A stretch of 24,000 nucleotides of DNA from Dielma fastidiosa (GCF_000313565.1 NZ_HE578926.1:105370-129369); one strand, 5' to 3'; shown: positions 7,232-14,446, counted from the stretch's first letter. Translations and numbers: made by a program. The notes: generated by a model not told the origin, from the sequence alone.

Positions 7232-8325
7232 TCTTTCACCTTCCTTATACTTTCCTTTAAAATCCGCAGAATAGTCTCACTGCCGCCGCGCATTGGATTG
7301 ATACGAATCATTCGTTTTTTCAATGTCGGATCGTTTTTAAGGAAAGTTCCCGATACCCGATAAAACATCGGTACCACTTCATATTTAGATTCAGCACCTA
7401 CCGGATTTGGCGCCGCACCCAGTTTTTGCGCTTCTTCCAGTACAGCTTCCGCAATATCTTCCCTAAATTCAACCAAAAGTACCTTTGATTGGGCATTTGC
7501 CAAGAAGGCATCTTTAATTTCCGGGATTCTGCCATCATTTAATGCATGTACGATTCGTTCATTTTCCTCTGCCTGAATCGCCAGAGCTACCGGAGCATAG
7601 ACAAGCATTCTCAGCAGCTCCATCGCCTGCCAGCCCTGTACCTTACTGCCGCCGGAATAATTATTGCGTTCTACCTCATCAATGAGTTCAGCCTTGCCAA
7701 GCAGGATGCCGACACCTTCCGGACCCAGCAGTTTGAATGCTGAGAAGGCACTTAAATCCGCCCCTAATTCAACACCGATTTTGCTGACCTTCATCGCCGC
7801 GTAATTATCATCAGTAATAATTGGAATATCCTTGCACGCTTTAATCGTATCAATGACCGCCTGCATTTCATAGCTGTCGTCAGGCTTCTGCCTTGTGTAC
7901 TGCACAATGGCTCCATCGACATCCTGTTCCTGCATCACTTTGCGAATATCCTCTAAATCATTAAAATCAGCCTCTATCAAGGTCGCATTCAAACCATTTA
8001 AAGAAGTCAGCGTGGTTGGATAAACCGGTGCTTTATGTACCAGCACACGGCTGTTAGGCTTCAGCATCGCGGTTAAGCCCCAGCGAATCGCACCAGTACC
8101 GGCGCCGGTTACCAGGATTGCTTTCTCCGCATGGAAAAAACGTGCCAGCACCCGTTCAGCTTTTCCCGCATAGGATGGCTTATTACCTGGCTGAACAACA
8201 CCTAAATCACCCAGATTCAAAAATTCTGCGCCTTCAAATTCACGGCATATTTCATCAACCAAAGCAAATTGCTTTTGTTTAGCTTCCTCCAAAGAAATGG
8301 AGTGCAGCGGATATGTTTTCATCAT
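7222..8325 (-). CDS. yhfS: YhfS-like fold-type-I PLP-dependent enzyme (aminotransferase/SelA-like)
   Basis: 367 aa. Glycine-rich TGAGTGAIRWG, ITDDNYA (Asp contacting the PLP ring N) and SAFSAFKLLGPEG (Schiff-base Lys). RBS GAGGAGGAAAG. ATGA-type overlap with the upstream gene. Confidence 0.7.
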   Translation of the reverse strand: MMKTYPLHSISLEEAKQKQFALVDEICREFEGAEFLNLGDLGVVQPGNKPSYAGKAERVLARFFHAEKAILVTGAGTGAIRWGLTAMLKPNSRVLVHKAPVYPTTLTSLNGLNATLIEADFNDLEDIRKVMQEQDVDGAIVQYTRQKPDDSYEMQAVIDTIKACKDIPIITDDNYAAMKVSKIGVELGADLSAFSAFKLLGPEGVGILLGKAELIDEVERNNYSGGSKVQGWQAMELLRMLVYAPVALAIQAEENERIVHALNDGRIPEIKDAFLANAQSKVLLVEFREDIAEAVLEEAQKLGAAPNPVGAESKYEVVPMFYRVSGTFLKNDPTLKKRMIRINPMRGGSETILRILKESIRKVKECS

Positions 8326-9317
8326 CTTTCCTCCTCGCTGAGATAACCTTTTGAAAAATACATTGATAGATTTTGGAAATAGCGGTGTACCATCACATCT
8401 GGTTCCCCCGCCAGCTGACCTGCCAGTGCCAGCATTCCCGCAATCTTTGTTTCTTTACTTTCACAAATTAATACAAACCCACAGCCCAATGCCGAAGAAG
8501 GTACGCACAGCGCTGTAGCATTTACCATATTGACAACCCGGATCAGCCCTTTTGAGGCCGCCTTTTGAATAGCCTGCGACCGTTTATCAAAATGACCGAA
8601 TAACGTATCGCCAAACCCCTCCAAATCAATAGGACCTTCGTAGGAAATCAAACAATCGCATGTTGGCAGCACGCTATTCAAAAAATCAATCAAATCCAAG
8701 CGGCTGCCGCCAAGATCAGGAAAGGAACAGGATCTAACCGCAAATGGATAGTTCTGTGAATCCCTATCGCTGATTAAAATATCGCTTTGCGTTTCTGCCT
8801 CAGGCAATGGATAAGCATCCTTTACAACCTTGATCATCATCTCATAATCTCGGGTCATGAAACCGATAGAAGGGGTAAATGATATACCATCCGTTGATTG
8901 CTTCGTGTATTGTTTCATACTTTCCGCCTCAATCAAGGGGGAAATAAAACCAAACAAATTCACTGACATAGCCGGAGCCAGCACAGAACCGCCGCCATCA
9001 GTCCCAATTCCCACATCATTAATATAAGTGAGCACATTGATGGCTGTACCGCTTGAACTGCCGCTCATCCACCGGCCGCTGATTGGATTAATCAATTGAA
9101 GATCAACCGCCCGGCCGCCCAATGCATGAGCATCTAATGTATGCAGCGCATAACGATCCTTGCTCTGCAGACGCTTTAATAAAGAAGCGGGAATCTGTTC
9201 AACATTTTTAATACCCACCAAGAGTTCATTATGATGCACTTCAAAACACTGTTCCACCGAATGATAAGGATTTAATTCAGCTAACGCATGACGTTCTTCA
9301 ACATCAGGCATCATCAT
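8322..9317 (-). CDS. Truncated amidase-signature-like protein of unknown function; an extra gene relative to the E. coli yhf cluster
   Basis: 331 aa. SGSSSGTA and GTDGGGSVLAPA mirror the GGSSGGSA and GTDTGDSIRKPA motifs of the GatA encoded in this same window (15912-17330). LLVGIKNV resembles the VAVKDN catalytic-Lys motif. It is about 140 aa shorter than GatA. Three consecutive ATGs (9309-9317); the GGAGA position favours the third. Confidence 0.55.
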   Translation of the reverse strand: MMMPDVEERHALAELNPYHSVEQCFEVHHNELLVGIKNVEQIPASLLKRLQSKDRYALHTLDAHALGGRAVDLQLINPISGRWMSGSSSGTAINVLTYINDVGIGTDGGGSVLAPAMSVNLFGFISPLIEAESMKQYTKQSTDGISFTPSIGFMTRDYEMMIKVVKDAYPLPEAETQSDILISDRDSQNYPFAVRSCSFPDLGGSRLDLIDFLNSVLPTCDCLISYEGPIDLEGFGDTLFGHFDKRSQAIQKAASKGLIRVVNMVNATALCVPSSALGCGFVLICESKETKIAGMLALAGQLAGEPDVMVHRYFQNLSMYFSKGYLSEEER

Positions 9318-10192
9318 TCTCCAAAAATCCTTTGCGGATTATGAATCAGCATCTGATCCAGTGATGCCTGTGATAAACCAGCTTCAAGCAGCTTTGGAAT
9401 AAAGCTTTCAAACAAGTAGCAATAACCGATGCCGCCTTTATATTTCAGATGGGATTTGCGGGTCAGATCCTCCGACAGCACCACCTGATTCAGCAAGCCG
9501 TCTTTTTCTAACGCAAGCAGGAATTCAATTCTTTTTTCATCTGGGAGATAATTATTTTTGCCAATTGTGTCAAAGCCAACTGTAACCCCGCATGCTATAA
9601 CGGAACGGATCATATCAAGATCACCGCTTAAATCAACATGCCCAATTACAACCTTATTTGGATCTGCGCCATGATCAACTAAATATAATGCCTGATCTTT
9701 TGCCAGCGTAGCCAATGTAGTATGGGTATAAATGGGTTTATGTGTTTCCTTATGGGCGATTAATGCCGCTTCAAACAACTTGCGTTCATTCGCTGTCCAT
9801 TCATTTTTACTTGTTCCTATCTCACCGATGGCATCTGCTTTAACTGTACTTCCATCAATGCCTTCCATGATCTCTTTAATCATGAAATCAGCCAGCTCTT
9901 CTGCTGTCAGCCGATTCATCGCCTCTGGAATAAAAGGATCCTTATAGCAGCCGGTAGAGATCATAAAATGGATGCCTGATGCCTTTTCCAGTTTTAAAAT
10001 CGTATCTACATCACGGCCCATGCCAACATTAGTAACTTCCCAAATATTGCGTACCCCATAAGCATAAAGCTGTTTCAATTCAGCACAGATTTCATCAAAA
10101 CAGTCAAGACAGCAATCCTGATCTTTTTTCACACCGGATAAATCAATATGCATATGCTCATGCATCATCGTATAGCCATCGTTTAATTTCAT
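9314..10192 (-). CDS. php: Phosphotriesterase homology protein (Php/YhfV), amidohydrolase superfamily
   Basis: 292 aa. The N-terminus GYTMMHEHMHIDLSGVKK closely resembles E. coli Php (GYTLAHEHLHIDLSGFK), including the HxH metal ligands. Later HTT...GHVD...D motifs fit the binuclear-metal TIM barrel. Confidence 0.85.
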   Translation of the reverse strand: MKLNDGYTMMHEHMHIDLSGVKKDQDCCLDCFDEICAELKQLYAYGVRNIWEVTNVGMGRDVDTILKLEKASGIHFMISTGCYKDPFIPEAMNRLTAEELADFMIKEIMEGIDGSTVKADAIGEIGTSKNEWTANERKLFEAALIAHKETHKPIYTHTTLATLAKDQALYLVDHGADPNKVVIGHVDLSGDLDMIRSVIACGVTVGFDTIGKNNYLPDEKRIEFLLALEKDGLLNQVVLSEDLTRKSHLKYKGGIGYCYLFESFIPKLLEAGLSQASLDQMLIHNPQRIFGE

Positions 10193-10261
10193 TATTCTTA
10201 TCCTTTCTTAAAATAAATGACGAGCAAGTGATTGTCACTTTACCCGCCATTTTCATGAAAT

Positions 10262-11569
10262 TTAAGCTGCCAGTGTTACTAATTGAATAACAACCAGCAG
10301 GTTAATCAAAATACCATAGAGAATACAAGCAACCGGTCCAACGGCAAGTTCAACAATCGGTTTCTTGGAAACACGGTTCAGCAGCAGACAGCCGATTACA
10401 AATAATGCACCGATACCGCTTAACCCAACTGCCGCAGACATAGCTTCAGCTGATGCGACAGCACCAACAAGTAAGGCAACCTCTAAGACTTTATTCATTG
10501 AAGTACGGATATGCTCACCCATGTCTTTTACACCTGGGAACTTATCCATGCCTTTTGCGAAAACATTGATCAGCAATAATTCAATAATCATAACCGCCGC
10601 ACCGGCAATCATTGCAACTAATGGATTATTAAAGAATAACAGACCCATAACGAAGACAAATGTACAGCCTGCCGGTCCATAAACACCAGTAACGATTGCT
10701 GTTGTGAATACCAAAGGAATGAAACCAATAGCCCGTGCCGCCGCAGCCATAGCTGCTTCAGAAATTGCGCCATTGCTTACTAAAGCTAATGAAATTGGGT
10801 CACCGGCAATCATTGCCATACTTGTACCGCAAGCCAGCAAGCCGCCCATGATAGCAAGCAAGAACCAATTCTTTCTGATTTTAGCTACTTTTTCTGAGAA
10901 CACATTTACCAGATCCGTATTGGCCGTACCTGCTTCTCCCTTTACAGAAGCCGCGAAAGCCAGCATCGCAATCGTACCTGCGAGCATTGCCATACCCTCG
11001 CCATTTAACGCGATACTAACACCTTCACCAAGTGTAATAACACCAAACTTTTTAATCAGGAAATAAACGGCAACCACAATACCTGCCGTAATCGCGCCTT
11101 TTTTAAAGCCATGCTGATAAGCAACCGCGAGAGCTGGGAAAATGGCAAACGCAACTGTTACATATTTAGAAACGCTGCCTAATGCATCAAGGAAATTATA
11201 TGGCAGATAACTAAATGCTGTTACGACAAAATCAAGTCCGACCAGAATCAGCAAACCATACAGAGCGCCGATTACACCAGCCATGATTGTACCCTTATTA
11301 TTATCAGGACACCATGTACCAATGATATCCGTAGTCAGAAGCAAACAGTGAATTAATATAATTGTAGCCGCAATTGAGGTTGGAATACCAAAACCGATAA
11401 CTAAACCAAAGCTAATTGCGAAACTCATGGTAGCCAGTTCTTTACGTGAAATCTGACCATCAAAATACTGCGGAACGATGGGTCTGAAACCATCATTAAA
11501 CACCGCAATCCCCTTGTTCGCCAGAATTGATGCCAACGCACCAATTGCCGCGATGATAATGTACTTCAT
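10262..11569 (-). CDS. yhfT: YhfT-like polytopic membrane protein (putative transporter)
   Basis: 435 aa, Gly/Ala/Ile-rich with many predicted TM segments. It sits directly after a DUF2620 gene, as in E. coli yhfU-yhfT. GGAGGA RBS lies inside the end of the upstream gene. Confidence 0.65.
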   Translation of the reverse strand: MKYIIIAAIGALASILANKGIAVFNDGFRPIVPQYFDGQISRKELATMSFAISFGLVIGFGIPTSIAATIILIHCLLLTTDIIGTWCPDNNKGTIMAGVIGALYGLLILVGLDFVVTAFSYLPYNFLDALGSVSKYVTVAFAIFPALAVAYQHGFKKGAITAGIVVAVYFLIKKFGVITLGEGVSIALNGEGMAMLAGTIAMLAFAASVKGEAGTANTDLVNVFSEKVAKIRKNWFLLAIMGGLLACGTSMAMIAGDPISLALVSNGAISEAAMAAAARAIGFIPLVFTTAIVTGVYGPAGCTFVFVMGLLFFNNPLVAMIAGAAVMIIELLLINVFAKGMDKFPGVKDMGEHIRTSMNKVLEVALLVGAVASAEAMSAAVGLSGIGALFVIGCLLLNRVSKKPIVELAVGPVACILYGILINLLVVIQLVTLAA

Positions 11570-11572
11570 TTT

Positions 11573-11941
11573 CTAGTCCTCCATTTTTTCTAGAATAGCC
11601 TTCATTAATACTGGCAGCACCTGTTCAGCATGCTGGGCTGTAAAGCCAAATGCCTTTTTGCCCTCTTTCACTGCCGCGATGATTTCCTCATCAGGGAAAA
11701 CCTTGCCCGGCATAGAAATCGTCTTGCATTGATTCTGTCCCAATAAAGCAATTGCCATTGCCAACGCACCGCCGCCGCCCGTATTACAGGCACCTACATA
11801 ATAATCAAACTTCCCCATCTTTAAAGCATTTACTGCGTCCAGATCATTCTTAACAGCTAATTCAATACCTTCATAATTTTTTTGAAGAAAGTCATGAATC
11901 TCCTGCTTATTGATCTGACCGCCAACTACGATTCTCACCAT
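11573..11941 (-). CDS. yhfU: YhfU-like DUF2620 protein
   Basis: 122 aa. MVRIVVGGQ... beta-alpha start and a Cys-containing glycine loop DYYVGACNTGGGGALAMAIA. Size and position match E. coli YhfU. RBS AAAGGAGGA. Confidence 0.6.
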   Translation of the reverse strand: MVRIVVGGQINKQEIHDFLQKNYEGIELAVKNDLDAVNALKMGKFDYYVGACNTGGGGALAMAIALLGQNQCKTISMPGKVFPDEEIIAAVKEGKKAFGFTAQHAEQVLPVLMKAILEKMED

Positions 11942-11959
11942 CCCGCAAATCCTCCTTTC

Positions 11960-12301
11960 TTATTGATATAGATTGCATAGATGCATCAGCAGAAAACGTT
12001 TCTCACCTTCCGGGAAAGTACAAGGCGACTTTTCCATCAATGTTTCATAAAGCTTTTCTGCCTGATGAATACCCGAACTATTCACTACCTCATTCCAGAT
12101 GCTCTCATCTAATGTTTCTACTTCCTGACCTGTGCATATCCGTTGGGCAGCCATTGCCAAGTGAGTCGTAAACATTTCAAGAATACTTTCTTTATCCATG
12201 AATGCCACCAGATCCTCATCGATGACTTGGTTCACAAACTCTGCAACTTCCGCTGAGATAACTCCTGCATTTTCTAAAATTGATATACGCTCCTTCAGCA
12301 T
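11960..12301 (-). CDS. yhfY: YhfY-like stand-alone PRD-domain protein
   Basis: The track ORF 11960..12370 is trimmed to the ATG at 12299-12301 (MLKERISILEN...; 113 aa), preceded by GAGGAGGAG. All-helical, with two His 60 residues apart (TTH47LAMA and LMH107LCN), which is the spacing of the phosphorylatable His pair in PRD domains. Confidence 0.7.
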   Translation of the reverse strand: MLKERISILENAGVISAEVAEFVNQVIDEDLVAFMDKESILEMFTTHLAMAAQRICTGQEVETLDESIWNEVVNSSGIHQAEKLYETLMEKSPCTFPEGEKRFLLMHLCNLYQ

Positions 12302-12313
12302 AACTCCTCCTCT

Positions 12314-12331
12314 AATATACATTTTTTTGTA
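12314..12331. repeat. Copy 1 of an exact 18-bp direct repeat AATATACATTTTTTTGTA, abutting the yhfY RBS
   Basis: Identical to 12384-12401. Here the repeat extends into a 22-bp inverted repeat, AATATAC-N8-GTATATT (12314-12335). Confidence 0.8.
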
Positions 12332-12349
12332 TATTGATTGAATGAATAA

Positions 12350-12368
12350 GATTTGCATGATGCAAATC
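12350..12368. promoter_or_regulatory. 19-bp perfect palindrome GATTTGCAT-G-ATGCAAATC, centred between the two 18-bp repeats
   Basis: Read directly from the sequence. Its centre is at 12359; the midpoint between the two repeat copies is ~12357.5. Confidence 0.7.
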
Positions 12369-12383
12369 AATATTTATAATTCC

Positions 12384-12401
12384 AATATACATTTTTTTGT
12401 A
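12384..12401. repeat. Copy 2 of the exact 18-bp direct repeat, covering the predicted transcription start
   Basis: Identical to 12314-12331 and exactly 70 bp from it. It lies 8-25 nt downstream of the -10 hexamer at 12409-12414. Confidence 0.8.
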
Positions 12402-12408
12402 CAAATAA

Positions 12409-12437
12409 ATTATAGACTGATTCCCGATGAATGTCAA
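12409..12437 (-). promoter_or_regulatory. Perfect consensus SigA promoter for the yhfY-to-yhfW operon
   Basis: Minus strand: TTGACA (12432-12437), 17-nt spacer (12415-12431), TATAAT (12409-12414). Confidence 0.8.
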
Positions 12438-12477
12438 CCCTATTATTCGCAAGTATTCACATTAATAACTGTATGCT

Positions 12478-12512
12478 AATAAAGTAAAAGGCAACGTAAT
12501 ACCGTTACCTTT
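12478..12512 (-). terminator. Rho-independent terminator after the yhfZ-like gene
   Basis: Minus-strand RNA AAAGGUAACG-GUAUUA-CGUUGCCUUU (10-bp stem with one G.U pair) followed by UACUUUAUU. It starts 16 nt after the stop at 12529-12531. Confidence 0.65.
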
Positions 12513-12528
12513 AGTTAGATTTCAAAAT

Positions 12529-13452
12529 TTAATAGCTTGGTGTGATCTTTCCTTCCAGTACCAGCTTCTGATTATCCAGTACGATCTGTACATCAATCAA
12601 CTCACTCAGCAAGCCAGCCATTTCACGCCGCCGTGCATTCACTACCATAACAGCTTCCGTATCATCAATGTTATCGGATGGCAGCGAAACATAATTGATA
12701 TGCAGATGCTTATCAGTAATTTCATCTTCGTTCCAAATCGCCGCATCAAGCTCACCGCTGATAATTTTCTCAAGGATTTGGTTATATTCCACCTGGACAA
12801 ACTCCACCTGCCTGCCTTCACATGCATGCTCGGTCAATACCTTTTGGTCAATAGAATCATTATCGATACCAATTTTCATGCCATTTTCAATTGCCTTGCA
12901 TTTGGCATCATGAAATACAATCACATGCTCCGACAAATAAGAATGTCGGCCAAACGCTTTCACAATCTGTACGGAATCATTCTTCTTCATAATATTATTC
13001 GCCGCATAACGGGATATAATCGCAAAATCATACCGATCCGCAAGCAGCATCGCGATACGGTTGGTCGCTCCCCGCATATAGGCCATGGATGCCGGTAAAT
13101 TATACTGGTTTTCCATCGCCACAATCAAACCCGTCGCAAATCCCTCATAGCGTTTTGAATACGGCAGCGGCATAACTCCGACAATCGATGTAATGCCGGC
13201 AAAGGCCAGTAAGATCGCCGTGTTCTTCGCGATCAGAAAGGTTCCCAGATGTCCCTTAGATTCAAGCTTGATCGCGCCGTTTTCCTGAAGGAATTTAATT
13301 GAATTTTGAATTGTCCCCCGTGCAAGTCCTACTTTCTCTTTTAGATCAGAAACGGTTGGTATCTTCTCCCCAAGCTGCCAAAATAAAAACTCCTTCGCTA
13401 ATGTCATTGTTGAAAGACCGTTTTTACTCAATAATTTCTGATGGTAATCCAT
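12529..13452 (-). CDS. yhfZ: YhfZ-like regulator: N-terminal winged-HTH plus C-terminal solute-binding-protein-like domain
   Basis: 307 aa. HTH-like IPTVSDLKEKVGLARGTIQNSIKFLQENGAIKLESKGHLGTFL, followed by a ~230-aa alpha/beta region. Bracketed by terminators at 13497-13525 and 12478-12512, so probably monocistronic. A possible weak promoter is TTGCCA (13495-13500) with TATAAG after a 19-nt spacer, which is suboptimal. Confidence 0.65.
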   Translation of the reverse strand: MDYHQKLLSKNGLSTMTLAKEFLFWQLGEKIPTVSDLKEKVGLARGTIQNSIKFLQENGAIKLESKGHLGTFLIAKNTAILLAFAGITSIVGVMPLPYSKRYEGFATGLIVAMENQYNLPASMAYMRGATNRIAMLLADRYDFAIISRYAANNIMKKNDSVQIVKAFGRHSYLSEHVIVFHDAKCKAIENGMKIGIDNDSIDQKVLTEHACEGRQVEFVQVEYNQILEKIISGELDAAIWNEDEITDKHLHINYVSLPSDNIDDTEAVMVVNARRREMAGLLSELIDVQIVLDNQKLVLEGKITPSY

Positions 13453-13496
13453 CCCCTCACCTGCTTCCTCTTATAATTAAATTTAATCAGCAATTG

Positions 13497-13525
13497 GCAA
13501 GAAAAACCCGGATCACTCCAGGTTT
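13497..13525 (-). terminator. Rho-independent terminator ending the pcrA-to-13532 transcription unit
   Basis: Minus-strand RNA AAACCUGG-AGUGAU-CCGGGUUU (one G.U pair) running into UUCUU. It starts 6 nt after the stop at 13532-13534. Confidence 0.5.
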
Positions 13526-13531
13526 CACTTA

Positions 13532-14446
13532 TTAATTGCTGTCAGCTTGATTAACAACCGACCAGTCCGCGGCATCAGCCATCTTTGCCTTTACATAATA
13601 GATCTGCGGCAGATCATCCGATCCCTCTGCTATATTATAAACATGAACCTCAAGATTCATATTCTTAGCATCTTCCGCATCTGAGAAATATGTTTCGATC
13701 GGCAATACTGAAACAACCTTTTCAGCGGCATCATTTAAAAGCCAAAGCAAATCATCTTCGCCAATGTTATCATTAGCGTCAATGCTGACCCGCAGAAGAT
13801 TGTCTATAACACTGACCCGAACACTATCGACATTGTCATAGCTTAATGCAGCCTTCACATTTTCAATATCGGTATCTGTAATATTAGGATCAAGAATTGA
13901 TTTTGCCAATTCTGGATTTTTGGCCACGGTATAATTATCAATGACCCAATCCTCATTAGCCGCATTCTTTGTTTTCACATAATAAATCTGCGGCAATGCT
14001 TCACTGCCCTTGGTTGTGTTATACACATGAATTTCAAGATCATACATCTTGGTTGCAGCACTGTTTGTGAAATAGGTTTCTATCGGCAGTACCGCAGCTA
14101 TTTTATCAGCAGCATCGTTTAAGATCCAAAGAAGATCTCCCTCTGCCATATCATCACTGGTATTAATCATCACTCTAAGCGTTGCGCTGATCAGATTTAC
14201 TTCCAAATTATCGATATTGTCATAATTCAAATTACTTCTGATACTGGCAAGATCAGTTTCGGTAATTGCCGGATTCAGCTCATTCTTAAAACGATCCGCA
14301 ACCACTGGTTCACGGCTGTTTTCTAATGAGTTCATCAGCACGACACCAAGGATGATACATGGTACCAATACAATGATAATGCCCAGCCACAAGATAACGT
14401 GCGGCTTTTTCAGCTTAACGGGATTCGATGTTTTTTTAGCCATCAA
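13532..14446 (-). CDS. Membrane-anchored protein of unknown function with two tandem ~115-aa repeats
   Basis: 304 aa. Basic N-terminus and one TM (HVILWLGIIIVLVPCIILGVVLM). Then two copies of a module sharing ...YDN(I/V)D...LRV.I...DLLW(I/L)LNDAA.K...VLPIETYF...L(E)(I/V)HVYN...LPQIYYVK...DW. About half of the aligned positions are identical by eye. RBS GAAGGAG. Only 44 nt from the gatB stop, with no hairpin between. Confidence 0.6.
   Translation of the reverse strand: MMAKKTSNPVKLKKPHVILWLGIIIVLVPCIILGVVLMNSLENSREPVVADRFKNELNPAITETDLASIRSNLNYDNIDNLEVNLISATLRVMINTSDDMAEGDLLWILNDAADKIAAVLPIETYFTNSAATKMYDLEIHVYNTTKGSEALPQIYYVKTKNAANEDWVIDNYTVAKNPELAKSILDPNITDTDIENVKAALSYDNVDSVRVSVIDNLLRVSIDANDNIGEDDLLWLLNDAAEKVVSVLPIETYFSDAEDAKNMNLEVHVYNIAEGSDDLPQIYYVKAKMADAADWSVVNQADSN

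Noticed and set aside
8322-9317. Reading the amidase-signature-like gene as a second gatA paralogue or a gatA pseudogene
   Set aside because: The ORF is intact and translationally coupled on both sides within the yhf-type operon, and it has good RBS context. It lacks large parts of GatA rather than carrying frameshifts or stops, so it is more likely a distinct functional protein.
10226-10240. Small perfect hairpin AAGTGA-TTG-TCACTT in the 69-nt gap between yhfT and php
   Set aside because: It has a 6-bp stem and a 3-nt loop with no following U-tract. At most it is an mRNA-stability or processing element, and nothing here supports a function.
12302-12370. N-terminal 23-codon extension of the PRD-protein ORF (MICIMQILFIQSIYKKMYIRGGV)
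   Set aside because: The extension starts at a TTG inside the 19-bp palindrome and runs through the repeat/leader region. A strong GAGGAGGAG RBS precedes the internal ATG at 12299-12301 instead.
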